Notes under the pieces: model-generated
What the model was told of the DNA's origin: nothing
The model's database searches: none
Seen by the model: only the letters and a program-made list of their open reading frames with translations
Shown here: positions 14,338-25,860 of the stretch, piece by piece
How the letters are laid out: every line of letters starts with the position of its first letter
How positions within the stretch are numbered: position 1 is the stretch's first letter
Assembly: GCF_035084215.1 (NCBI RefSeq)
Contig: NC_090354.1
Span: forward strand, 10,664,001-10,728,000
DNA length: 64,000 nucleotides
DNA from: Heptranchias perlo
Lineage: Eukaryota
Reading direction: 5' to 3'
Translations under genes and position numbers: made by a program

Positions 14338-15582
14338 TCATAGTATGGTACAGCACTGCCTGTGCTAGCTTTTTGAAAGAGCTATCCAATTAGTCACAAC
14401 CCCCTGCTCTTTCCCCACACCCCTTTAATTTTTTTCCTTTCAGGTATTTATCCAATTCCCTTTTGAAAGTTACTATTGAATCTGCTACCACCGCCCTTTC
14501 AGGCAGTGCATTCCAGATCATAGCAACTCGCTGTGTAAAAAAATGTTTCCTCATGTCACCTCAGGTTCTTTTGCCAATCACTTTAAATCTGTGTCCTCTG
14601 GTTACCAACACTTCTGCCACTGGAAACAGTTTCTCCTTATTTACTCTATTAAAACCATTCATGATTTTGAACACCTCTATCAAATCTCCTCTTAATATTC
14701 TCTGCTCTGAAAACAACCCCAGCTTCTCCAGTCTCTCCACATAACTGAAGTCTCTCATCCCTGGTACAATTCTAGTAAATCTCTTCTGCACACTGTCTGA
14801 GGCCTTGACATCCTTCCTAAAGTGTGGTGCCCAGAATTGAACACAATACTCCAGGTGAGGCCGAACCAGTGTTTTAAAGGTTTAGCATAACTTCCTTGCT
14901 TTTGTACTCTATGCTTTTATTAATAAAGCCCAGGATCCCATGCTTTAACATCCTTCTTAACTTGTCCTGCCACCTTCAAAGATTTGTGTACATACACCCA
15001 AAGGTCTCTCTGTTCCTGCTCTCCCTTTAAAATTGTACCATTTAGTTTATATTGCCTCTCCTCATTCTCCCTACCAAAATGTATCACTTCACATTTCTCT
15101 GTGTTAAATTGTATGTGCCATATGTCTGCTCATTTCTTTGCCCTCCTGTAATCTGTTACTATCCTCCACATTGTTTACCACATTTCTGCGTTTCGTGTCA
15201 TCTGCAAACTTTGAAATTATACCCTCTATAACCCAAGTCCAAGTTATTAATACATCTCAAAAAGAACAGTGGTTCTAATACTGACCCCTGGGGAACACCA
15301 CTGTATACTTCCTCTGATCTGAAAAACAACTGTTCACCACTACTTTCTGTCCCTTAGCTCCAATTTTGTATCCACACTGCCTCTGTCCCTTTAATCCCAT
15401 GGGCTTTAATTTTGCTAACAAGTCTATTATGTAGCACTTTATCAAATGCCTTTTGAAAGTCCATATACACATCAATCGCACTACTCTCATCAACCCTCTC
15501 CGTTACTTCAAAGAACTCAAATCAAGTTAGTCAAACACGATGTTCCTTTAACATCCGTGCTGACCTTCATTTATTAGCCCAT
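14338..15582 (-). mobile_element. Truncated CR1-clade LINE in KAT2A intron 1
   Basis: Minus-strand pieces QKRFTRIVPGMRDFSYVERLEKLGLFS..LRGDLIEVFKIM..GHRFKV and degenerate DFQKAFDKV/SGVPQGSVL RT motifs. Confidence 0.85.
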
Positions 15583-16924
15583 AAAGTCCTCATATAAAAT
15601 TAATAACCAGTAAGAGTATATTTCAAAGATGTAACACTTCTCAGGACTGAGAAGGTGATAAATCTATGAGAACAAAGCTCTTGCAATTTTGGATGTTATC
15701 TGAATTTCTCAATGTCTTCTTAAACACACATCTACTTATTCTATATTTCACTTTAGGTTCAGATGACTTATGTTATAAAAACAGTATTAATTATTTATAA
15801 GATATAAAATCACCCTGTAGTAACTCTTGGAATGGTCTGAACATACCATATATATTACACACGACAAATGTCTGGGGGGGGGAATTTAAGATAATAATTC
15901 AATTTAAAAGCGCTGCTTTTGTGCAGGTTTATTTGACACAAGAGACACAGATTTCAGCAATAACTGCTAAATAGAAATAGTGCTGTGACCAACAGTATAT
16001 AACATAATAAATAGCTCTATAAGGGGGCCTGATTGAATAATTCATAAAGACAAAAAGGAGTTATGGTCAGCCTATTGGACATATTTATCACACCACAGTG
16101 CTGACCAGAGCACATCTATTCTAAACATCTGTTGTATTTATTTTAAACTGCAAGAAAAACGCAGACTATTTATGTTTTCCACCTCAGGAAAATCAGTTGA
16201 AACTAATTTGCAATATATCACGACCATAGTATACTAACACAACAGTTACTTCAACAAACGTTTTTTTCTACGAGTTATAAATTCAATAGCCTCTCTTGCA
16301 ATTCATTGGTAGACATATCCTGTATGTATTTATTTTGGTGCAACCAATAACTCTCAACAGTCCTAATTTTGTAGGTTAATTTCAATCTTGTCCTACTGTC
16401 ACAATTTCAGACACACTTTCCTGCATTTAATTTCTACTTTTATGTCCTCCAAGCTGCCCCAAAAAATGTAGGTTTCCCATCCTCCAAATGTGATCTTTCA
16501 GGTCTTTCTGCCAACACATCACTCCATTCCACTAACTCTTGCTGCTTCCCTTTCCTTTCCCGCTCTGCTCTTTTCCCAAGAGAATTGTGGCTGCTCGCCA
16601 TTCTGCTCTACTCTGAGGAGATTCTGTGGCCAATCCCATGGAATTTTGCTGGTCACTCCCATTTCCATTCCTCTTCCACTGAGTATCTTCAGCGGTCCCC
16701 ATTGCACTCTTTCCCAATAGTCTCTCTGGCCATCCTGCTCTGTTCCTCTCTCGTGAAGTCACTCTGCCCCCTCTTAAAACATACAGTTTGGTTTCTTTTA
16801 ATGCTCTAATGAAATATAGGAAACTAAACCTATCGATACTAATGTAAGAATTCCTCATTTAGGCATTTTAAAATTTTAAAACACGTTAAATTTTTGAAAA
16901 TTTCACTACTCTTTCTCCTCTCCC

Positions 16925-17122
16925 TCCTGACCAACATTTATGTCTCAACCAAGATCACAAAAAGCAGATTATCTCATTGTTGTTTGTGGGACTTTGCTGT
17001 GCATAAATTGACTGCCATGTTTCCCTGCATTACAACAGTGACTACACTTTAAAAGTACTTCATTGGCTGTGAAGCACTTTGGGGCAGTCTGAATTTGTGA
17101 AAGGCACTATATGAATGCAAGT
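16925..17122 (+). mobile_element. 3' half of Deu-domain SINE
   Basis: GTTTGTGGGACTTTGCTGTG...ACTACACTTTAAAAGTACTTCATTGGCTGTGAAGCACTTTGGG...ATGAATGCAAGT matches the other SINE copies. Confidence 0.7.
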
Positions 17123-17125
17123 TCG

Positions 17126-17270
17126 AGACACAAAAGGCATCAAGGGGTATGGGGAGAGAGCGGGAATACAGTATTGAGATAGAAGATCAGCCATGATCAT
17201 ATTGAATGGCGGAGCAGGCTTGAAGGGCCGAATGGTCTACTCCTGCTCCTATTTTCTATGTTACTATGTT
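17126..17270 (+). mobile_element. CR1 LINE 3' tail fragment
   Basis: Near copy of 5000-5138 (GATCAGCCATGATC..TTGAATGGCGGAGCAGGCT..GGGCCGAATGG..CTATGTTACTATGTT). Confidence 0.8.
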
Positions 17271-17849
17271 TCTTTCTTTTAGATTATCTACTACTGTTAA
17301 TTAAAATCCTGCATCCAACCTAGCACAGGGTTTAATCTGGTATCAAAGGAAATTTTATTTAAATGAAATGTGGTGTATAATTTACTAATATCTGTCATTG
17401 CTCAGAAGGACCTTTTAACATTTAAAAATGTAGTAAACTGCAATTGACATATTTATTGTAAAAAAAAAATCCATAATGACAATTCCCTGCCATCACTGGT
17501 GGGTATTGTCGTTTCTATCTCAGAAGTAATTTTTCTTGTGCCATAATTTCTTGTCTCATTGCTTTTCACCACATGCCCCCCACAGTTGTTCTTTATATCT
17601 CTCATGCTTTCTAAGGAGCCGTGCATCTTTTCTTCCTCCCTCCCTGACTGCTAACAATAGACTGCTCCCAAGCACTGTAGAAATTTGGAATTTTTAAAAA
17701 AAAAATGCATTTAAAATATCTATCTGTAAAAGAAAAATTATATTGGAGAAAAACACTTAATTAAAAAGTTTTAGAAAGCTACACATGGGGGGGTATTTGA
17801 AGATTCATGACACTATATGCAAAATAAAGCAACCCTGATTTTCTTCATT

Positions 17850-18380
17850 TGTTGCTCACAGTCAAGCATTGATCCAGACTGCTAGTCAAGTCATGGATAA
17901 GCTAAAATTTTCTCTCCCTTAACATCAACAAGACCAAAATCATTTTGTTCGGCCCCTGTCAAAAATACCACACCTGAACTCCTGGTTTTATCTCCCTCCC
18001 TGCCTACTCACTCAGGCTGAATTTGACACTGTTGCATTTGACCCTCAGTACAGCTTCAAACCCCACATCCTATCCATCACCAATACCGGCTCTCCGCAGT
18101 TTCATTCAACCCTTATGCCAGTAGGTGCCCTCTGCTCTTCCAATTCTCATTGCATCCACCCACATCCGTGATTCACCTTTAGTGGTATGCATCAGGCTGC
18201 GTGCTCAAACTCTTCCTAAACTTCTCTTTCATGTTGTCTCTGTCCCCGATTTTTAATTCTCCTCTAAAATCTACCTCCGACTAATGCTTTGGTCACCTCC
18301 CAAATCTTCTGCTCAGGATCAGTTTTCACCTCTGAAGGTGGCACCTTTGTGCAATTTACTATATTAAAAAGGTGCTTTTT
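17850..18380 (+). mobile_element. Degenerate L2-like LINE 3' fragment
   Basis: Decayed W..NFL.LN..KT..I.FG-type segment and an L2-like tail (...GGTGCTTTTTAATTGTTGTTG); heavily eroded. Confidence 0.45.
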
Positions 18381-18852
18381 AATTGTTGTTGAGGTTGATA
18401 ATTGAGAGGCATAACATCACCTACTAAGTGCTTTGTCTATTCATAGTGCATCGGTGCTCTCACCTATTCGCTGAGAGCCTCTCGAGCATATCACAATTTT
18501 AAAAGCAATTTTTTTTTGCCAATGTTCTGCCCTCTTCTGAATGCAATTCCACAGGCACCATGTCTCGCCCGTGACAATTCTTCATGTCTGATCCTAGACA
18601 ATGCGTGTGGAGGGTTAAGAATGATTTTATTGTAGGAGAGACAGCAGGTAATGGGGGAAGGATGCGGTGCTTTTCATTCTCCACATGAACACATTTCATT
18701 CCTAAAATAAATTTGATGTCGCCTAGTTTAAGGAAATACAGTGAAAAAGCGACTTAACCTAAACCTAGAGACGCAGACGAGGATTCTGGCCCTTCTGCAC
18801 CCCCCCCTTGATCCGGCGGACACTTACTCCTACGCCGCGGCTCTGCTCTTAC

Positions 18853-19086
18853 CTTACACGCTGAGAAAACCCCGAGTTTCTCCAATTTCTTGGCCCGAGG
18901 GAAAGCGCGGACCTGAGCTTTGCGCTGGACTGAGCGTTGCTGGCTGCTGCTAGCGCCGGGACGGGCGGGGTCGGCCGGGCTAGGGGCCGGGGCGGCGGCG
19001 GCGGCGGCGGGCGAGGGAGAGGCCGCGGCCTGGGACTGATACTGCGGCTGAGCCCGGGCCTGCGAGGCTTGCGCTGCCTCCGCCAT
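18853..19086 (-). CDS. KAT2A: KAT2A coding exon 1 (234 bp, Ala/Pro/Gln-rich N-terminus)
   Basis: ATG at 19086 in GGTGATGG context; MAEAAQASQARAQPQ...RKAQVRAFPRAKKLEKLGVFSACK; donor GTAAGA; lies in a CpG island. Confidence 0.93.
18991..19010. repeat. (GGC)n/(GCC)n trinucleotide run encoding poly-Ala in KAT2A exon 1
   Basis: ggcggcggcggcggcggcgg read directly. Confidence 0.85.
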
Positions 19087-19463
19087 CACCGTGCCCCCTC
19101 TGCCATGGAAACCGCCAGGGCCGCCACTGCGCCGGCGCGACGCGAGGTGCATATTGGGAAATGTAGTCTCACTCTCACCCCCCCCATCTTTCATGAAGGG
19201 GATACGATGTCAAACGCGCATCAATTCAACAACTAATTTAAACTTAAAAAGATCAGAATAGTTAAACAGATCTTAATCTGTAGTGATGGGCGAGAAATAA
19301 CGGGTTTGGTGAGCTTTTTAATTTAATTTCCAGCCGAATGGCATCATGGGAGTTGTATTTTTTTTTAAGGTTGGCATTGAGGCGCATGCGCACATTGCAG
19401 TCCAGTACAAGCGACATCTTAACACGAGAGGCGAGGCAGAGAGCTGGTCTCAGCTCATAAACC
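19087..19463. promoter_or_regulatory. Bidirectional KAT2A / RPL41 promoter region
   Basis: Two ZNF143(Staf)/THAP11-type motifs on the minus strand (GACTACATTTCCCAATATGCA 19148-19168; AAATACAACTCCCATGATGC 19341-19360) and an NRF1 palindrome GCGCATGCGC at 19382-19391; divergent ATGs 377 bp apart. Confidence 0.75.
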
Positions 19464-19475
19464 ATGAGAGCCAAG
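19464..19475 (+). CDS. RPL41: RPL41 (eL41/eS32) coding exon 1: MRAK
   Basis: ACC ATG AGA GCC AAG followed by the consensus donor GTGAGT. Confidence 0.9.
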
Positions 19476-19929
19476 GTGAGTGTGGGGGGAGAAAGAATCG
19501 ACCCGAATATAATATATTAAGTATATATTTAAATTCAGGTGCTAATGAAGAGACTTTCTCCGCCTCGCGTGTTTCTTTCGAAGGCCGCAACCATGCTGGG
19601 GGAATTGGGCCTCTCCAGCACGCGGTCGGCCAGCAGCCTTTTCCCCGCCTCTACACTGGGGTTTGTAGAAGGGAACGCAGTTGTAATTTTATTGGAACAT
19701 TCCTGCGCACATGTTGGGCTGGATTGCATCCTATTTAAAAATCCAAACACCTGGATGTGAAGAAAATGCAAAAGCTTAACTGCAGGTAATAGAACTCGGT
19801 TATCAAAAAAAAAAAATCTGTGCTTGGTAAAACTCGATCAGCCAGCATCTGTGTGGAGAACAAAAAGTTAGTATTTCAGGTGTGGACCCTTTACCAAAAC
19901 CGCTGGTTTTGTTAGTACCAGAGGAGATT

Positions 19930-20130
19930 GTGGGGTGATTTAATAGTGCTGGTTATGGGGCCATAGATACAAGAGATTTAGGACAGAGAGCAAGAGAAAC
20001 CTCTTTACATCAGATTGTGAGGAATGCACAACCAGAGTAGAAGCAGAAACCATCTTAAAATTTAAGAGATTAGATAAACGGTTTAAGGGGATATGGGAAC
20101 AGGGCAGGCACATCGGATAAGGAGGATTGA
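19930..20130 (+). mobile_element. Degenerate CR1 3' fragment in RPL41 intron 1
   Basis: GGGCCATAGATACAAG...TTTACATCAGATTGTGAGGAATG...AAGGGGATATGGGAACAGGGCAGG resembles the CR1 3' end at 4.85-5.05 kb. Confidence 0.55.
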
Positions 20131-20368
20131 GATCAACACGGATTGGTAATTTTATAAGGGAGAAGGGTGATTGCAATCCCAATTGGCTTGCATTTTATTG
20201 AACATATCTTTGTCTGATTTGGAACTGCTGTATATTAGTGAGTTACAGTAAATTGTGCACTTGGCTGTCTGACACATTGAAATAAAACATGTAAGAGCAA
20301 ATCTGTCATTGTTGCTAGAAAAAAATTACAAAATCCCTAATGGTCTTTTTTTCTCTTTTTATCTCCAG

Positions 20369-20391
20369 TGGAGGAAGAAAAGGATGCGCAG
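20369..20391 (+). CDS. RPL41: RPL41 coding exon 2 (23 bp): WRKKRMR(R)
   Basis: Branch-like CCCTAAT, long polypyrimidine tract and CCAG acceptor; TGG AGG AAG AAA AGG ATG CGC AG; donor GTCTGT. Confidence 0.9.
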
Positions 20392-22735
20392 GTCTGTATA
20401 AACCTCTTTAAAAAAATTTAATTAAAATTGGTGGATTACATTTCAGCTGGTGAATTGAGGGATGGTTTCCAATATTTTACTTCAATCCCAAACATATTCT
20501 TGACTACCTATTTTCTCCCTAATTCAGTTCCTTTTTGAGAATTGAAATTTAAGGTAATGTCTTGTTCTGTTGGTTTTGCTGAGCTTATTTCCTGGCTTGC
20601 TGTGCTGTCTCATGCTCTTTTTTTTTGATTCCTCTTTAGTTTATTTGCTTTCCAGGCAGTAGGGGGTGGGTCTTTGTTTGGAGACTTTTCTGCCCTCCTT
20701 CTGTGTCCTAGATTACTCTCCTATGGTCATGAGAGTATCTTCACTGGCCCCAATATTTAGGTAAATTTCTGACCGAGCCTGGGATAACAAGCCGAAAACG
20801 TTGTGTAGATTGCTTTAATTACAGAATCTCGTGCGCCTTCGTAGAAACTTTTTTTTTTAGCAAAAAAGCCATTATATATAACTGGCCTAACCTGCTTCTT
20901 TGAAAGTTTCAACTCAACAGTTTGAACCCCTCAAATTTGCCAGGGCTTGTTGAATTTAAATAACTGCCAGCCATAAACCAAACTGAACAAATCACAGTAA
21001 GCCTTTGTTTGAATGTGGCTTGCCTCCTCCCTCAAGCCTTGGAGGCAACAACAGAACTTCAACATTTGCATCAAGTAAGACTTGTGACATAAAATTACTG
21101 CTACAAAGCTAAAACTGGACAAGTTACATAATTTTTTTCTACAGTGGAATAGCAGCAGTACCCCATAATAAAACAAACTTCAAAGAAGAGCTGAATATTC
21201 TTATCTGAAATAAGGACACCAGGCTGGTAGCTCAGGGCCAGTCAGAACCTGAAAGAGGTTAATGTTTTCGGTGTGTTCGGATGAAGTATCATGCCCAATA
21301 CATCCACCCTGCTGTGCACTTTTTAATGTAAGAAAGCAGTTTCCCCAATGATGTAGTGCATGGTTAAGATGTACCTAGTGCATGAGAGTTTTTCTTCCTT
21401 TTGTAAGTTTTAACATTCTCATTCAACACGTACATTCTTTTTTAAAATTGCTATCTTCGATTTAATTGGAGAAGTGATCCTACATTAGTCAACCCAGCCT
21501 TCTTTCAAGTGATCTTCCATTCAAAAGATGATAAATGCTATGAATTATGTCAGATAAGGTGGTAGTCAAAAACATCCTTGACTTTTCTCCATCTTGCAAG
21601 TCAGAGTTGTAAAGATGAGCCAGTCGTGCCTGTCACTATCGTATGCTACCTAGGAAATGCAGTATAACCACAAACTGGGCAGGGCTGAAAACAAACAACT
21701 GTTATAAATTTTTCCTACTTTCTCAGTGACTTTGCAACATTTATGTTTTGCTTAGCTTTGTCAAAAACGAGTAAACCCACAATCTGCTTCCATATCCTGT
21801 GTGGTTTTAGTGAATCTTTAACATGCACAGCATTAGTGTGTGTCATACCACAACATTAGACTGTTGGGTGCTAATCCACCTCCACAGAAGGAGGGAGCCA
21901 CTTAAAACTTTATATGTTTGTGTATGCATAAAAATAACTTGCATCTCAACTACTGGCATTATACAAATAGCATAGCCCTTAAGTATTATGGTAGTTCTTA
22001 TAAATCTTGTGGGTTTACCATAATGTTCATGACTTGGCAGCTCTTACATTGTGGGTTCATCAGTCTGTTTACACATAATTTTAATGCAGTGACAAAATAA
22101 TAATTGAGTGGGAAGTTTCCATTCCATTTTAAAACTGGAAGATTGATGGATGTGAGAATCATTTGCTATTTCAAGCCGGTTTAATTTGAACAGTCAGGTG
22201 CACATTAGTTCTGCCAGTAATACTAGGTGGCATTATGCCATACAGCACTGTATGCATAGCCAAGCTTATTAATAAGGAATTGCATAGAATCCCAGGCTTT
22301 TGTGACTGACAAACAAAGGGCAAACCCTATTACAGTTCCAATCTACAGACCTCACATAGATGTGGACGCAAGTAATGTTAAAATTTCCATAAGGAATGTT
22401 GATGGGACATAGCAATTTTAATATCCATGTATACATAGAGGGAAATGTCAGTGGGGCAATGCAAGCTCTATCCCAGCACTTCACAGTAGTCAGCTCAAAC
22501 ACCCAGACATGAAACATTTACTCTTTGGTTAGTGAATGGTGGCTTGTGCAGAAGGAATGTAATACAAAAATGTAGAGGGGAGAAGGGGAAATTCTTCCAC
22601 GCTATGCAAGATTACATATCTTTGTCTAGTAAGAATTCAAACATTGCATTTACTGTTTGTATGCCACTGCATTAATTTCAGCAAATGCATTTGGCGGTTT
22701 GTGGTTCATTTTAAACTTTTTCTATTCCTAAACAG

Positions 22736-22778
22736 ATTGAAGCGCAAGCGGAGGAAGATGAGGGCGAGGTCAAAGTGA
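22736..22778 (+). CDS. RPL41: RPL41 coding exon 3: (R)[13 protein letters not shown]
   Basis: Acceptor TTTTTCTATTCCTAAACAG; A TTG AAG CGC AAG CGG AGG AAG ATG AGG GCG AGG TCA AAG TGA; spliced CDS is 78 nt = 25 aa plus stop. Confidence 0.9.
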
Positions 22779-22953
22779 GGCCCACTACTGAAGAGCATCG
22801 AGGCCACGGTGGCTGCTGGTTGTTTTAAGGTTCAGCTTCATCAGTGGTCAATGGAAGATTTTCAAGCTTTCGTATTTTAGGGCCCACATGTTCATTTATC
22901 AGTTACTGAACTTTGTTATGCGTGTGTTTTATGCAGTTTTTGATTTGTTATAA

Positions 22954-22959
22954 AATAAA
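22954..22959 (+). terminator. Probable RPL41 polyadenylation signal
   Basis: AATAAA ~175 nt after the stop, followed by T/GT-rich sequence. Confidence 0.65.
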
Positions 22960-25267
22960 ATTATTAACAATGTTTTGAAAGTTTTTTTTAAATCTAGGCA
23001 GTGATTCCAAAGTTAACTTACTTTTACTATTTTAGTCTAAACAAAATACTGAAGTTCTTGTTATTCATGATATGTAACAGAATCTCCATTTGCTGCACTT
23101 GTATTATTTGACATTCTGATTATTATCTACCAGAATTTTCATACAACACCACATTGCACAGCCCATTGATACCAGTCTCTTGTCTGGTGTGAATCATCCT
23201 TGCAGCCCAAGGAAGATTAAGTTCAGTATATTTGTATTGTTTGTCTTCATTCCTGTGCTTAGGGTACTGTTATACCAAGGTCAGAATGTGGGAAATTTCT
23301 ACTATCTGCCAAAGGGGTTAAAATTATACAGTACAGAAAGAGGTCATTCAGCCCATCATGCCTGGTGTTGGCTGTTTGGAAGAGCTATCCAATTCCCCTG
23401 CTTTTTCTCATAGCTCTGCAAATTGTTCCTTTTCATGGAAATATCCAGTTCCCCTTTGAAAGTTACTGAATGGTTCTTCATTATTATGGGTGATAAAGGT
23501 CCACCTTGCAATGTTTACTAATTTCCTGAATCATTTCTGTCCAATAATTTAAAAAATCTTAATCTGTTAACTTTTGCATTATAAATTCCTATTTCCATAT
23601 TTATAATGGATACTGCTTGTGTAAATGTCTTTGAAGCTCCCAGATAGGCAGGAGGGTGTAATTACAGTGTGACAAATTTACTTGGGCAGTTGTGGATGTA
23701 GGAATTTATAATAAAAATAATATGGCAACAAAATAGGGACTGGATTACATGTCTAGCAATGCAGGCATGGTACTTGAACATGTAATGGACCATCCTCTGA
23801 CTAGTTGGAGATGAATGTTTTGTGATCAGATTCATTCCTACTCTTATTTGTAGCTATGAGACATTGTTGTCATTTTTCCTTTCATGTATTCCGATCTCCA
23901 ACACTTTCTCTTTCTTCCTCCCCCACCAGTACTTCACTAGCAGCATTACTTCCTGTCCAGCAACAACACATTTTTGCTCCCTTTACATTACTGCTATCAG
24001 CTTTGCAATAGGATGTTCTGAACAGCTGGTGTTTGCTCACAAATAGCTGCCAGCAGCATTTGAAGCATCTGATTTGCAAAAGACCTCTGCTCCTGAGCAT
24101 ATCTTCTAGCTACTCATGAGACTTGGAGGTTTTCAGCTGTTGGGTGTCCAGCCTAGAAACCATTTTTTATAGAAAGCATCTTTATGGTCTCTAAGACTAC
24201 TGCTCTTATGCGTTGTGTGGGTAGAGGATAACTGCTTTATTACAAATGTTGCCAAAAATGCAAACAGTCATAGTCTGAGGCACTTTAGCAATGAACTGAC
24301 ACTATGTAATGGATAGGCAGATTGATTCTTAATAGCGACCTGTATTTTTCAGTATAGAGGTTAGTTGGTGGGCAGTAGAATCCCCAATAACAGGTCTGAC
24401 CAGGTAAGTGGGGCTCTGATCAAACTACTATAACTTCCAAAATACTTCCTTGCATTATCCCATTTTACAGTGACTGGGTAAGTACTAGAAGAGAAACGTT
24501 TGATTACAATTGAGCCTCATCCAGTACATAAATTGTGTTTCAGTTGGCTTTCTGCATAAAAATGGTTTCTTCAGTGCATTAAGTGGGGATCTGGTGCACC
24601 TGGGTCTCTGTACTGCTTGATTTACAAGCTGGGGGGGGGAAATAACTTCACATTCAACAGCTTGGCGGTTTAAAAAGTGGTCTTTTTTTCACTTGTACAA
24701 TTCTCTAATACAAAAAAATCATTATCAAATGAAGACTGATAAACACCACTCGGTTACTTATTGATGCCTTTTTTTTGTCCTATTGAATGAGTTATTCAAT
24801 TGTTCCTTGTACACTAACTAGAATAATAGCTAGCAGCAAATCACATGTCTTAAATTCAATCAAGTGGTTCTGATGAAGTCAAACTGAGACATATAAGTTT
24901 GCAAATATCAGCAGAGGTCCAGGATAGCACTGTCAACTCTTACATGGAAAACATACTGAATACTGTCATTTTAGTTACAAATGGACATGTGTGCAGAAAA
25001 GAAGGCCGGCGGAAAGTGAAGAGAATAAAAAAGAAAGCTTACAATTACAAAGGATTTGAGGAATATGGGAATTGCTAGGTGAAAAAAGACCCTAATCCAT
25101 CTAAGCACAAGATACAAAGATAATGGAATTGTTGACTAATCATAGCAATCAATATTCGACAACAGACCCAGAAATCACGAGGAAAACTCCAATGGTGGAG
25201 AGTTTTGGGAACCTAGGTCCAAAGTCACCTTTATCCACCCAAGCGTAGGACACTTCCAACATACGTG

Positions 25268-25860
25268 TTAACTGACTCCTGTATCCCAAAATGTTATTTC
25301 CTCTAATTTGCATTTGAACGAATCAATACTAACTTTCCACCGTCTCCCTAAGGCATCTGTTTCATAGATTGACCACTTACATTGTTTCCACAGATTAGTT
25401 TTAAACTTACCCCTCTTCAGGCGCAGGTGGTGTTCTCTGGTGCTACTGTCCTGGAGAAGGTGAAATAGCTTGTCGTATCCTACATTATCCAGCCCCTTAT
25501 CAATCCTAAGAACAACAATTATCATCTCAACCTTCTCTGCTTCAATGAGAACATGCCCAATTAACATAATAGCTCCTCATAATCCATCCCTTCAATCATT
25601 CTGGTTTCTTTCCACTATATCCTTCCAATTGCTACAATATACTTTTTGTATTGAGGCGACCAGAACAGTACATAGTATTATAAGTGCGGTTACACTAATG
25701 ACTTATAAAGTGGTAGGAGTACCTCACTATTTTAGCTCAATATTGACCTTTCAATACATCTCAATATTGACCTTTTTAATACATCCCAGTATCTGATTTA
25801 TTTTACTCACTGCCACCGATCATTTTATTGTCAGTCAGGACCCCCAGATCTCTATCAAGG
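25268..25860 (-). mobile_element. Old degenerate CR1-like LINE fragment
   Basis: Minus-strand LFHLLQDSSTREHHLRLKRGKFKTNL resembles the CR1 ORF2 C-terminus. Confidence 0.5.

Noticed and set aside
19087-19194. Longer KAT2A N-terminus from the upstream ATG at 19194
   Set aside because: It runs through the ZNF143 promoter motif and has no similarity to KAT2A. MAE at 19086 matches the usual start.
20392-22735. Intronic snoRNA in RPL41 intron 2 (ATGATG near 21348), and a similar GATGATT…CTGA at ~5613-5651
   Set aside because: No complete C box/D box pair with a terminal stem at suitable spacing. An Infernal/Rfam scan would be needed.
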